A stretch of DNA of 63,814 nt, filler included, from Octopus bimaculoides (taxonomy: Eukaryota), in the NCBI RefSeq assembly GCF_001194135.2. It is 6 parts of 5 records of this genome, joined end to end, with 100 filler letters (N's around TTAATTAATTAA, not from the genome) between each part and the next. Parts side by side here need not be neighbours in the genome. Positions count along the whole stretch, not along the records: positions 48,750 to 55,168 come from NC_068990.1; positions 55,269 to 60,206 come from NC_068983.1; positions 60,307 to 63,814 come from NC_069004.1; 3 more parts are not named here. The stretch is one strand, 5' to 3'. The stretch's first letter is position 1; each line of letters starts with the position of its first letter. The notes below the pieces were generated by a model. The model saw nothing but the letters and a program-made list of their open reading frames with translations. It was not told where the DNA came from and ran no database searches. Made by a program: the position numbers and the translations under genes. Shown here piece by piece: positions 49,565 through 62,689 of the stretch.

Positions 49565-50036
49565 NNNNNNNNNNNNNNNNNNNNNNNNNNNNNNNNNNNN
49601 NNNNNNNNNNNNNNNNNNNNNNNNNNNNNNNNNNNNNNNNNNNNNNNNNNNNNNNNNNNNNNNNNNNNNNNNNNNNNNNNNNNNNNNNNNNNNNNNNNNN
49701 NNNNNNNNNNNNNNNNNNNNNNNNNNNNNNNNNNNNNNNNNNNNNNNNNNNNNNNNNNNNNNNNNNNNNNNNNNNNNNNNNNNNNNNNNNNNNNNNNNNN
49801 NNNNNNNNNNNNNNNNNNNNNNNNNNNNNNNNNNNNNNNNNNNNNNNNNNNNNNNNNNNNNNNNNNNNNNNNNNNNNNNNNNNNNNNNNNNNNNNNNNNN
49901 NNNNNNNNNNNNNNNNNNNNNNNNNNNNNNNNNNNNNNNNNNNNNNNNNNNNNNNNNNNNNNNNNNNNNNNNNNNNNNNNNNNNNNNNNNNNNNNNNNNN
50001 NNNNNNNNNNNNNNNNNNNNNNNNNNNNNNNNNNNN

Positions 50037-50068
<32 letters not shown>

Positions 50069-51190
50069 TATGTATGTGTGTACCTATATATACTTAAGAG
50101 TTTGTGTCTAACATAACTGTGTGTGTGTGTGTGTGTGTGAGTGTGTGTGATTACGTGTATGTGTGAATTTGCGAACGTGTGTTTATATAAATACCATGCT
50201 AGATTAATATAATATATACACTGTCATTCATTCGTAATTCTTAAAAGTTCTTTGTTATCACATATACTAGGTTTCCATTTTACATCTCCAGATATATGTT
50301 GAAGCTCTTAAAAGGGGGTACAGTTGTAGTTCATCATGCTTTTCATACGATTTGAAACCTTGTAGTTAGTAGTTCTGTACTGCATAAACTCTGTAGTCGT
50401 ATTATTGAACTGTTTGTTCTCTCTTCTCAGCTAAGTATATGCTGTTGTTGGCATAAGAAACATTATTGCATATACGGTCTAATGAGTTTCTACTTGCTAC
50501 ATACGACTAAAACGCGAAATCAAAAATTGTTTTATTCAATATATGCTTTTACATTTCAACACAAAACGAAGGTTTTACATATTGTTGTTTTTCTCATTTC
50601 CTCACAGGGAAAAAAGGAAGGAGAATGTGATTTTCTCTTAGCGAAAAGTGTAGAATTTATAACTTTAGAAATGTTATTGCATCCTCTCCTCTTCGTTTTA
50701 CAGAAAGAAGCCAAAGAATGTTGCAAAAAAAAAAAAAATGAAATGCTAGAATATATGTATGCAGACACGAATACACATATATATCGCATATGGTAGTTGT
50801 TTACGAGGTGAGAATTCGGTTTAAGTGTAAAGTCTGTTGCATCTATGTTAAATAGTGTTACGTTTTATGAATGTATGAAGTTCACGAAAAGAAGGAAAGC
50901 AAGTCCATATATTAATAATATAAACCGATTCTTATTTAACTTATTTAGATATATTCCTTACTCAGTATTACAGGGAAAACCGAAGAAGTAACTTATAATT
51001 TTGGCACATTTCTAAAAAGCATTTTGATATATTGGACTTCGCATGTAGCAGCAACGTGTAAAAAGCAAAATATGATATTCATAGGTGAATATTAATTATG
51101 AAAAATAAAATGGTGGTGGTGGTGTTGATGATGACGACGACGACGATAGTAAGAATAATGATGATGATGATGATAATAATAACGACAATA

Positions 51191-51225
<35 letters not shown>

Positions 51226-51423
51226 CATCATCATAATAATAATAATAATAATAAAATTGTTACTTAGGTATATTTGCTCTACGGTGCATTTTTGTATTAT
51301 TAGTTATTGTATAGCAGTAGAAGACTCGTTCGTCGATAATGCTATATACTAACAACATCTTTCTTGCTTTGTACAATAAGTTCGTTCATTATGAATATAT
51401 ATTTATGCATTTATATATATTTA

Positions 51424-51730
51424 GGCGCAGGCGAGTGGTAAGAAGCTTGCTTCCCAACCACATGGTTCCGGATTCAGTCCCACTGAGTAGCACCGTTGGC
51501 AAGTGTTTTCTACTATAGTTCCAGGCCGACCAAAACCTGGTGAGTTGATTTGATAGACGGAAACTGAAAAGACACCCTTCGCATAAATATATTATAACTT
51601 AGTGGTTCGATAAAAGAGACCGATAACATAAGTACCAAGCTTAGAAAGAATAAGTCTTGGAGTCGATTTGTTCGACTAAAATGCGGTGCTCCAGCATAGC
51701 CGCAGTCAAATGACTGAAACAAGTAAAAGA
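51424..51730 (+). mobile_element. SINE family A with internal deletion
   Basis: Head and tail are colinear with family A; the central part is shortened. Confidence 0.85.
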
Positions 51731-52199
51731 ATATGTGTACATACCTAGATCCTTATATATATGTATCCATGCGCGCGCGTGTGTATTTGTGTGTGTGTTG
51801 TTTCATTTGATCACTTTAACACTGCTTAGAATTCTGTTCCTAACTCTCGTGCAGCAGATGGCATATCAAAGAAAGCTTTTCGAGTTAGTGACAAAATTAT
51901 CTTTGGCACTCAGTACCACAACAGCGCTGGGGTATAAAATATCTAGCAGAACGTAATTGTTTACACCTCATACATCGTTTAGCTTCTATTTTCATGTAAT
52001 TTTTCAGGTACAACTTGCTCTCGTAGCGACATTGGAATATATTCCCCCCTTCTTTTGTTTTTCTATTATATTTCTTTACAGGGGGTTGTTGAAAGTAGTT
52101 TATCCGATTTCTAATGTGAATGCGACGTCCGGTAATTGACTAGCCAGTATTGAAATCATTGAAATATCAAATGATCAGTTGTTTCATACATCTGAAGAA

Positions 52200-52600
52200 G
52201 GACTGTTGATAGATCTGCGTCCATTGCTGAAACTAGATTAAAATTAAACTTAAAGAAACAGCTTTTCAATCGGCCTCCATTAATCACCTGTATAATTGTC
52301 TTTAATTTCAGCGATACCTGTTTCGAATGATACTTTTGCTTTGTAGATAATTTGTTTTCCTTAAAAATCTTCCATTAAACTGTCATGTCTCTCTTGTTGT
52401 ACAATTGCATTCAGTTAACTGGACGGTGTTCTCAATAACCATTCAAATTTGCATATTATTAAGCTGAAGCTGACGTGGGCAGTATTCGGGAAAGTTGTTT
52501 TCCACGTTTGTTTTGCGATTGCTCCTGGTTAGCTGAAAAATTTGTTTCTTCGTTTATAATCACGAGGTTGTAATATCTAGTAAATGAATTGGTTGAATGT
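52200..52600 (-). mobile_element. Possible decayed Penelope-like GIY-YIG endonuclease region
   Basis: Minus-strand QIIYKAKVS..EIKDNYTG at about 52300-52355 resembles the IVYKA.V....YIG motif of Penelope endonucleases; stops are present. Confidence 0.35.
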
Positions 52601-54775
52601 TGTTCTATCTAAGAATATATTACAGATATTTTTTTTCTTTTCATGTGCCAGATTCTTTTATTAAGTGGAAGGTTTATATACTCAAGCATGCTGGCCTACA
52701 TGCTTGGTATTTACTGGTTTCTAAGTTTTATGTCTATGTATGTATTTAATGTGTGTGTTTGTATGTATATATATATGTATGTATATATATATANNNNNNN
52801 NNNNNNNNNNNNNNNNNNNNNNNNNNNNNNNNNNNNNNNNNNNNNNNNNNNNNNNNNNNNNNNNNNNNNNNNNNNNNNNNNATATATATGTGTGTGTGTG
52901 TGTATGTGTATGTATGTGTGTTTCTATCTGCCCTCTTTCTCTTTGCTCTGCTCTGCTTCAATTTCTTCCTCTGCCTTTCTGTCTACCCTTCACTATCCAT
53001 TTCACCCTCTCCCCTTCCTTGTAATCACCCCTTCCCTTTTTTACATCATTCCTTTTCGTGCTTGACCATTGACCTGTTCAGTGATGCTTACTTATGCTAT
53101 CGCATTGGCATTTACTTTCAGCCTTGAGTTCCATCATATTTTCCCCTTTCGTTTTATCTTTCTTTCTATTTCTTCGATCCCTCCGCCTTTCATTCTATTT
53201 TTCTATTTCTCATCTTTGCTTTTCAAGTCCTATATGACATGATTTTCCATTATCCTTAAACCTACACATGTTTTGTCTCAATGCTGTCTCATGGGTGTAA
53301 GGCCTTTATTTGAACGTACATATTTTGTATGTACCAACTGCCAGTGTCATTTCCCTTTGTGCTGTTTTATTCTGTCATCGTTTATCGTTTGTTTGTTTTT
53401 TCACCGTCCGCTACGTTCGCTCATTTATTCACAACAGAATTTCGCTATGGATACCACCAAAATATACAGACTTCTCCTTATATGTTCGAAATTGTTATGT
53501 TTTTGGATGATAATTAACGAGGAAAGCATGTCCACGTCTTGAGTGCGGTTTTTCCATGTATTCCTTTGTCTTTTTTCGATGTAATATTTTAATCCTATAT
53601 ATANNNNNNNNNNNNNNNNNNNNNNNNNNNNNNNNNNNNNNNNNNNNNNNNNNNNNNATATATATATATATATATATAACACACGTATATGTATATACAT
53701 ACATACATATATATAATACTAATAATAAATTAAATAGAAAAATGCAGTTGACAATCCAACAATTTATTTACATTATAATATAATATAATATGCTATGAAA
53801 TTTAATATGATACAAGATAAAGTGACGTAACGAATTTAAAAAGAAAAAAAACGAATGAAGCTAACATTATATATGAAGCTAACATTACATCGACTTATAT
53901 ACATTATTTGATATATAAACAATTCATAACTATTTATTCAATCTCTTCAGGGTTTTGGTTCAACAAGACACACGAAATTCCATTTTGCCAGTTTGCAAAA
54001 TACTGATTCAAAATTCCTGCTTAGGAGTGTGAGCGTTAATAATTCAAATACACAATGAGTACAATTTCAATAAGTTTTAGTGAAATTTAGATATATATTT
54101 TTTATTTATAGTTTACTATTTCTTTATCTAAGAAATAATATAGGTTATAATTATTGTAGATCTATCTTTACATATTTTATTTACGGAGTTATCCCTTCGA
54201 TAAACTACGTATATAAGGGCCATTATTTGTTAGTTACTTTGAACAATCTTTATATCAATAACAATAAATAAATGAGAGGAATTATTGTATATTATCATTA
54301 TATAAATTATATATATTTCCTTTGAGTAATCATAAATATATAAAACGTAGCACATATAAACAAATAGTTAGTTGATATGTGCTACAAATACGACCTTTCG
54401 AAATTGTTTAGGCATATTTATAGAATAAATATTGATTTACACTATTTATCCATTTCTAAAACTAAATAAAACTCTGATGCTTTATCTATTTATATATTAT
54501 TATTAATATATATCATTAAAATGGCCAGTGATTATTTTCAATTTAAATATATTTAGATTGATATTATTGGAGATATATATAAATATTATTTAACCGTTGT
54601 AAATTTTCTTTACTTAATTATTTTATCTGTTTGAATTTTCTTGTTCTCTTATTGTACTTATTGTGTATTTGTATTATCAACGCTCACACTCCTAAACGTA
54701 GGTATTATGAATCAGTATTTTGTAATCTGGCAGTCCTTTTACATGGAATTTCGTCTGTCTTTTTGAACCTATGGC

Positions 54776-54850
54776 CTGATGAGACTTGTATACATAGATA
54801 TGAATTGTTCATAAATCAAATAATGTATATAAGTCGAAACAAATTGTTAT
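54776..54850 (+). ncRNA. Hammerhead-like core with long helix II but no helix I
   Basis: CUGAUGA at 54776-54782, helix II GACUUGUAUACAU/AUGUAUAUAAGUC (13 bp, one G.U), GAAA at 54836-54839 and a near-palindromic ACAAAUUGU. Confidence 0.4.
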
Positions 54851-55268
54851 CTTATCATATATTATATATTATATTATATTATCATATAAGTTAATTGTTA
54901 GATTGTCAATTGTGTTTCTCTATTTAATTTATTACTTGTAATTTGTATTTATACCCCTATTTCTGTGGTATTCACCTGCCGTACCAGAGAATAGGATATT
55001 TTAAACCCCTTTGGAGGAAACGGTTTTCCTTTCGTTTGTTATATCATAATATATATATAAAAATCAGTGGATACGTAAACACACACACATATATGTATGC
55101 ATATGTATAGTGATATCTATCTATCTATATGTATATATGTATATATATATATGGATGTGTATATATATNNNNNNNNNNNNNNNNNNNNNNNNNNNNNNNN
55201 NNNNNNNNNNNNTTAATTAATTAANNNNNNNNNNNNNNNNNNNNNNNNNNNNNNNNNNNNNNNNNNNN

Positions 55269-55303
<35 letters not shown>

Positions 55304-55774
55304 GATCTTATCAAATCTTTATTGACATTATGATTTAACTGTTTCACTCACCTGATCTTACTAGAATTACCCCCCTTGCTGTATGATTTTAGGTTTGAAA
55401 CGTCTTTCGAAGGGATTTCAGCTAGTTAATCTTTGGTTGCCCTTAGTTTATCAAAATTTTATAATTCATTATTTTAGTAATGGGATCCACTACTTTTTTA
55501 TTTTTTGTATACATAACATGCTCTCATGACATTCTACCATAGTTATATTGTTGATATTTATAATATGTTTTCCTATATTTTCCTTTATATATACGTATAT
55601 TGACCACTTCTAAATCTTGCCAACTGATTAGAATATTTGGGTGTTGATGTCTGTAACTAAGATATCAATGTCGTTATCACCAATTAGTTTTAAAGACCAG
55701 ATCTTCTCTTGTTTGCATTGTCTATATTATCTTAAATTTTACGGTTTTAGGCAACAACCTCGCTCAAATATTTT

Positions 55775-56075
55775 GTTCACATGCCACCGGCACAAGTGCC
55801 AGTAAGGTGACGCTGGTAATGATCACGCTCAAATGATGCTTTATACGTGCCACAAGCATGGAAGCGAGACCGCTGCTCTGGTAGTGATCCTGCTCGCATG
55901 GTGCTGTTAGCGCTCCACTGGCATGGGTGCCAGTCATCGAATTTGGTTTGATTTCGATTTCACTTGCCTCAGTATGTCTTCGCAAGCAGAGATTTGTGCC
56001 CAAAGAAGGAAGAGTACGCATAAGTGGGCTGGCTACACCCTTGGTAAAGGCCATGGGTTATGGTCTCAGTTATTT
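55775..56075 (-). mobile_element. Repeat fragment related to SINE family D, with internal GCCACCGGCAC-type units
   Basis: ACATGCCACCGGCAC and ACGTGCCAC units are reverse complements of the GTGCCAGTGACACGT motif at about 56358. Confidence 0.5.
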
Positions 56076-56313
56076 TTGACTTTGTGACAAAGGCTTGCTT
56101 ACTTATCAAAGTAGACCTTTGGCATTTAAAACACTTCCTTTATCAATGAGAGGTTAGGGTACAGTGTAAATCCCGAGGGTTCAGATTAACAACAGATTCT
56201 CATTTTGGACTCAAAGAGAATTGACAGAGGATAAATTTAAGACATGTGGTTACCAGAACAAAAATTCTTTGTGATATCTAGAAAAATATTCGAAGTAGGT
56301 TTAAAATACACCA

Positions 56314-56552
56314 TTTTGAGCGTGGCCGTTGCCAGTACCGGCTGACTGGCCTTCGTGCCAGTGACACGTAAAAGCACCCACTACACTCTTGGAGTGGTTG
56401 GCATTAGGAAGGGCATCCAGCTGTAGAAACTCTGCCAAATCAGATTGGAGCCTGGTGTAGTCATTGGGTTTCACCAGTCCTCAGTCAAATCGTCCAACCC
56501 ATGCTAGCATGGAAAGCGGACGATAAACGATGATGATGATGATGATGATGAT
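56314..56552 (+). mobile_element. SINE family D with (GAT)n tail (RTE-type 3' end)
   Basis: Ends CCCATGCTAGCATGGAAAGCGGACGATAAAC(GAT)n. The RTE dependence is inferred from the tail style. Confidence 0.65.
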
Positions 56553-56912
56553 TATTATCAAAGTAGTCCTTTTTGCATTTAAACCAGCCATATCTGGCCC
56601 AAATATTCTTCTTGTTTTGTGCCCAAACTACCAGATCTGACCTTTCATAATTTTGTCTCAAACAATGCTCGAGGCAATTGTATCATAAGGAACTACAAAA
56701 GGGAAAAAGAAGGGGCCTTTGAATTCAAAAGACGTTGATCGACAGAAAGCTTAAAGGGCTGAATATTATAGATAAGAGAAAAACAATGTGATTGTAGCAA
56801 GTTCCAGTGAGCAGCTGTTTGAGGAAAGAAACTATTTGAATAAAGGGATTAATAATTAACAAGGCACCCAAAAATGAAACTCTAAACCTGGGAAGTGAAA
56901 CAAGGAACACCC

Positions 56913-57189
56913 TTAACTCTTTACCATTCAGATTACTTTGTCAAATGTCATGTTTATGTATTCACATTATTTACAATTAATTATGCAAAATCTTGTAGCT
57001 TTCTAACAAGGAAGGCAGACGTAATGATAATGATAATGATGATGATAATGATGATGATGATGATGATGATTGTTTATTTTTAGAATGACATTGTAGAATA
57101 GTTATGAGAGACAGGACTTGGCCAGTTTGATCCTAAGACAAATAGAATAATTGGGCTGGGTATGGCTGGTTTAAATGCTAAAGGATTGA
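56913..57189 (+). mobile_element. Degenerate TTAA-bounded MITE (piggyBac-like); inverted partial copy at about 56565-56660
   Basis: Ends TTAACTCTTTACCATT and AATGCTAAAGGATTGA are imperfect inverted repeats. 56575-56640 is the reverse complement of 57115-57180. Confidence 0.5.
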
Positions 57190-58009
57190 GGGGCAAGACA
57201 GAGGGTACTAGACCCAAGGGGTCAGAGTAATGGCCACGGAAATACTTATAGAAAAGACCCAATGAAGACATTCTGGGCATTGAGCCAAAGACTTGAACCT
57301 TCAACGAAGAAGAAAACCCATTATATTAACAACTTGATACTGAATTTGAACCAGGAATTACAAGCTTCGTACTATTCAACCACCTCTTTTTACAGCATAT
57401 GTAATAATATTTAGGTAGTAATTATCTTTAGCAGAGAAGCATGAAGATTCTCCAGATTTCTTACAGTGCACACGTGTATGTTTTGCTGCCCTTTAGCAAC
57501 AAAAGGAATTAGGATTTCTTATGCTCTTTGCTTTCTGGCTTAAAATGACAAACATATTCACTAATTTCTACAGAAAGCCAGCTCCTAAAGGTTTCTTTGT
57601 TCATGTGAAATAACTACTGCCAGCTAGTGGTAAATCTTTTCATATTATCAATGAAGCTGATTGTTATTAAAAATAACAGTATCAAAGCAGAAACATGATC
57701 ACCAAATTTAATAGGCTCCATAAAGAGCTGAGCCAATATGTATGATCTAAGTACTTTGTTAAGAAACGCTGTTATAAAGAGATTACAAATGGAAAAAAGA
57801 ACAACACAACACATGTACACAGAACATGAAACACCTGCTTAGCAAAGAAACCCTTATTTAAATGTAACTGTAACAAGAATAGATACACTCTTTAGAGTAA
57901 AGGACCAAATCTAAAATCTATATTTCAGTATGAAACTTTCTATCTATACAAAATGAAGCTATTTTCCTGGAATATACACGATGGCAAACTGTTTCCCATA
58001 CTCTTGTAC

Positions 58010-58170
58010 TATTTTACTTCTTTCTTCTTTCGGTCAATGGACTGTGGCCATGCTGGTGCACTTTCTTGTAGGTTTAGCAAAACAAATTAATTCCAGTATT
58101 TAATTTCATCTGATATTTATTCCTTGGGTGTCTTTTCTTGAACTGTTAAGTTACAGGGACTTAAAGCAAC
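58010..58170 (-). mobile_element. SINE family A 3' half, diverged
   Basis: GGTCAATGGACTGTGGCCATGCTGGTGCAC and AACTGTTAAGTTACAGGGAC match the reversed family A tail. Confidence 0.65.
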
Positions 58171-58199
58171 ACACGTGCAACACAAAGCTACATGCACTT

Positions 58200-58640
58200 A
58201 GCCCTATACATACTAACATCCATCCATTTATACATACATACACGCATACATAGATATATACATGCATACATACATGCATACATACATATATGCATAAAAA
58301 CATACATGCATACATATATACATGCATACATACATACATGCATACATACATGCATGCATACATATATACATAAATACATACATGCATATATACATATATA
58401 CATAATGTATGCATACATACATGCATACATACACACATACATACATACAATGCATGCATACATACATGGATACAGGCATACATACAAACATACATAGAAT
58501 GCACACATAAATACATATATACATACATGCATAGATACATGCATACATACATACATATATACATACATACATACATTCAAACATACATACATACAAGCAT
58601 GTATGGATACATACATACATACATTCATACATACATACAC
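58200..58640. repeat. Degenerate (CATA)n tract
   Basis: Directly visible. Confidence 0.95.
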
Positions 58641-59108
58641 AACCTATGCTGAGCTACTAAAGAATCTACAGTTACTCTATGCAGATTACAATTTCAGGGT
58701 TATACCTGTAATTATTGGGGCCCTGTAATTATTGTAACACACTGCCTATTTACAAGACTTGAGAAATTAGGCTTCCCAAAACCAGAAGCATTTCGCACAG
58801 TGTGCTAACGATTCTGCCCGATCACTGCCTTCTTTTTGCTGAAATTGTCTGCAAAGGTTGACTTTACTTTTCATCCTTTTGATAAAATAAGTACCAATGT
58901 AATTGATCTGCCCCTTTTCCTGAAATTGCTGGCCTAGTGTTAAAATTCGAAGCCAGTATTTTTTTGTTGTTGGCATGCACTATCTTTGACACAATTAATT
59001 TTGAAAATAATGAAGTATTTCATAAAATAACTGTTATTCTTAAGCTACAGACTGGAAATTAAATTGACATCAAGTTTTGATGTGCTAAAAACAGGAAGCT
59101 TATAATCA

Positions 59109-59582
59109 TTGTTGGCACTCCATCGCTTACGACGTCGAGGGTTCCAGTTGATCTGATCAACGGAACAGCCTGCTCATGAAATTAACATGCAAGTGGCTGA
59201 GCACTCCACAGACACGTTTACCTTAACATAGTTCTCGGGGATATTCAGCATGACACAGTGTGATAAGGCTGACCCTTTGAATTACAGGTACAACAGAAAC
59301 AGGAAGTAAGAGTGAGAGAAAGTTGTGGTGAAAGAGTACNNNNNNNNNNCAGTGTGATAAGGCTGACCCTTTGAATTACAGGTACAACAGAAACAGGAAG
59401 TAAGAGTGAGAGAAAGTTGTGGTGAAAGAGTACAGCAGGGTTCGCCACCATCCGCTGCTAGATCCTCATGGAGCTTTAGGTGTTTTTGCTCAATAAACAC
59501 TCACAACGCCCTGTCTGGGAATCGAAACCGCGATCCTATGACCATGAGTCCGCTGCCCTAACCACTGGGCCATTGCACCTCC
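59109..59582 (-). mobile_element. SINE family C (long subtype), CpG-decayed, with an 84-bp overlap duplicated across a short gap
   Basis: Reverse complement of family C; 59256-59339 is repeated exactly at 59350-59433. Confidence 0.85.
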
Positions 59583-59979
59583 ATGCTTATAATCATAGTA
59601 TTAACAACAGACTTGAGAATGTTGGTGTTGAAAGAGCAAAGCCAACTTCTGACATGCATGTCTATATCAAATCGTTTTACAATCTCAATAAACTTTTCCT
59701 AATGTCAACACTTTATTACTTGTCGTTTGCATCAGATATCAGACACGCTTACACATTGTTGTTTATTTCAATGCTCCATGTTAACTTTGTTGTCAATTGC
59801 AGTTCACTCACTATTTCAAATATTTCTGTGCAGTTAAAGGGATTCTTAAGCCCAATATATTGGATTAGTCTATTTTTCTTCTAGTTTGCATTGTCAGCTA
59901 AAAATTTTTTACTCTTTTGTCTGTATGTGGAGATCAAATGACGTAAGCGAATCACAAGTTTATTACATATTCATTCATA

Positions 59980-60206
59980 GGCGTAGAAGTGGCTGTGTGG
60001 TAAGCAGCTTGCTTACCAGCCACATGGTTCTGGGTTCAGTCCCACTGCATAGCACCTTGGGCAAGTGTCTTCTACTATAGCCTTGGGCCGACCAAAGCCT
60101 TGGGCCAACCAAAGCCTTGTGGGTGGATTTGGTAGACAGAAACTGAAGGAAGCCCGTCGTATATATGTATATATATATATATATATGTATATACATATAT
60201 ATATAT
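59980..60206 (+). mobile_element. SINE family A 5' half with an 18-bp internal tandem duplication
   Basis: Family A head; CCTTGGGCCGACCAAAGC-CTTGGGCCAACCAAAGC duplication. Confidence 0.85.
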
Positions 60207-60424
60207 NNNNNNNNNNNNNNNNNNNNNNNNNNNNNNNNNNNNNNNNNNNNTTAATTAATTAANNNNNNNNNNNNNNNNNNNNNNNNNNNNNNNNNNNNNN
60301 NNNNNNCGAGTGAAAACGAAGCTGTTGAATATATAATGGGTAGATTTATGAGTTTAGGAAGCATTAAATTTGTGCGAATGAATCGTTGTTTCGGAACAAT
60401 GGGGCGTTTTTGTCATGCGTATGG

Positions 60425-60471
<47 letters not shown>

Positions 60472-60481
60472 ACGCAAGGGT

Positions 60482-60860
60482 TATCTTTTATCTTTCGCTT
60501 GTTTCAGTCACTTCGCTGCGGCCATGCTTGAGCACCGCCTTGAGGGATTCAGTGGAACAGATCGACCCCAGTGCTATTTTTCAAAGTCTGGTACTTATTC
60601 TATCGGTGTCTTTTTGCTGAACTGCAAAGTCACGGGGACGCAAACAGACCAATATCGGTTGCCAAGCGGTGGAGGGGGGGACAAGCACAATACAAACATA
60701 GGCCACGCACATATTTATATACGATGGGCTTCCACACAATTTCCGCCTACCAAATTCATTTATAATGTATTCGTTGGCTCAGTGCTATAGCAGGAGACAT
60801 TCGCCTAAGGTGCCGCACCCTGGGTCTGAACCCGAAACCATGTGGTTGCAACGAATGTTC
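60482..60860 (-). mobile_element. SINE family A, diverged near-full copy
   Basis: GTTTCAGTCA..GCGGCCATGC..AGCACCGCC, GGTACTTATTCTATCGGT and TGAACCCGAAACCATGTGGTTG occur in reversed order. Confidence 0.75.
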
Positions 60861-61254
60861 TCGTGAGAATGTGAGAAAGGTAGAAAGAACCAATGGAAAA
60901 TAGCCTCATCTCGTATTCCTGTTTCATTGTTTTCATTTTAAAATTAACACAAAATTTCGAATCGCTCACAGCTTCCAACTGTCTTCTGGTGCCGTTTATC
61001 GTTTTATGCGATGACATACCGTACTTGACAGCGTAAATGACGGGTGGGGATATTAGACCCCTAACCCCAATCCCAGAAGTTAGGAAAAAGGGTTTTAGTG
61101 CATTAAAGCTTATGGGAGGCCCAACTTCGCATAGAGGACCCGGGGTGACTTTTCAGATATTGTTTTTTCGGAAAAAATTTGCGTTTTCTATGTCATCAAA
61201 TACAATAGATATTCATACTCTATACTTGCTAATGGCGATTTATTGTTGGTTGAT

Positions 61255-61480
61255 AGATATCAGTGTGTCTGTGTTTGTTCTTCTACACTATAACAATCGG
61301 TGTTGGTTTGATTGCACCCCCGTACCTTAGCTGTCCAGAAATAATGACCAATAGTATAAGTACCAGATTCCACCCACTCAACAAAAGAAAAGACGAAATA
61401 ATAAAAAAAAACCCCAAAACCTTCATGGCAGTGCCCCAGAATGGTCGTTGTCCAATAACTGAAACAAGTAAAAGGTTAAA
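61255..61480 (+). mobile_element. SINE family A 3' half, diverged
   Basis: CCCCGTACCTTAGC, ATAAGTACCAG and AACTGAAACAAGTAAAAG. Confidence 0.65.
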
Positions 61481-62017
61481 GAATAATTAATAATTAATAA
61501 AACAAGGTAATCAACATTTTTCTATATTTTTTCCAAATCTTTGGGATTAAAATAGCTTCCTTTAAAAAGAGTAATTTTAAATTTCCACGAGGAGGAAATT
61601 TTAGGAATCTTTTCCTTGACATCTCGTATACGACAAACTTAAAAAGATCGAGAACAATTCTTAAACACTGTTATTGAGAAACAAAAATATTCAACAAGGA
61701 AAATAGGAGTCTAGCAGGATTTTAGAGCTAACGGTATTTCCGTTGCAAGAGAAATGTTAAAAGCATAAAAAAGCCAGGCACTAGGCACGCTTCAGTAAAT
61801 AATTTGATTGCTGAATTCTAAAAAAAAAAAAAAGTCTTATCTTCAAAGCACTGGGTGGAGTCTCTTACTGAGGAGAGACAATCATGTTGAAACGCAGGGG
61901 TCTGTGAGTCCTCTGCATCACCGAACAGAGCGTCTAAAGAGAGAAATTGTTCTTCGACGACGAAATTTAAATCCAACAAGTCCGAAGTTAATGAATATAC
62001 ACATCATGATGTATTTA

Positions 62018-62055
<38 letters not shown>

Positions 62056-62214
62056 NNNNNNNNNNNNNNNNNNNNNNNNNNNNNNNNNNNNNNNNNNNNN
62101 NNNNNNNNNNNNNNNNNNNNGAGTAATAAATCCATGAATCAGGTAATCCAAAACAGTCGGAAGGACAAGGATGGTCTGTGTGAATCTTACTGGAATTGTT
62201 TGTTTATTTGAATT

Positions 62215-62262
<48 letters not shown>

Positions 62263-62689
62263 GTATACATGTGTGTGTGTGTGTGTGTATACCAACTGAT
62301 GTTGGTGTCAAGCAATGAAATAAATTACTATTTTCTGGTGACGATCTGCAGTTGTATGCTAGTGAAACACGTGTAAAGATTATGTAGTTATAGATAAAAT
62401 TTGCATCCGAATCTCCAATTTTATTGATTAATACCTTATTAAAGAGAAACAGTATGGAAGCACATGGCGTATGTGTGTGGGTGTATAAATGTCTCCAAAT
62501 ATTGATAGGTAGTTTAACTGTCATGCATTGTTGTAATAATAGTGCATTCTTACTATAGGTCTAATAAGCTGACCTGCCAACCTTTGTTATTCCAGATTGA
62601 GGGAGATGGCTGGAATACTACTTTCAACACATCTTACTAAACGCTACTTGTCACAGCTGACTAATTTGCAGAATGCAATAAATACGTTT

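Noticed and set aside
59256-59433. 84-bp exact tandem duplication inside a SINE
   Set aside because: Identical copies on either side of an 11-N gap indicate an unmerged contig overlap.
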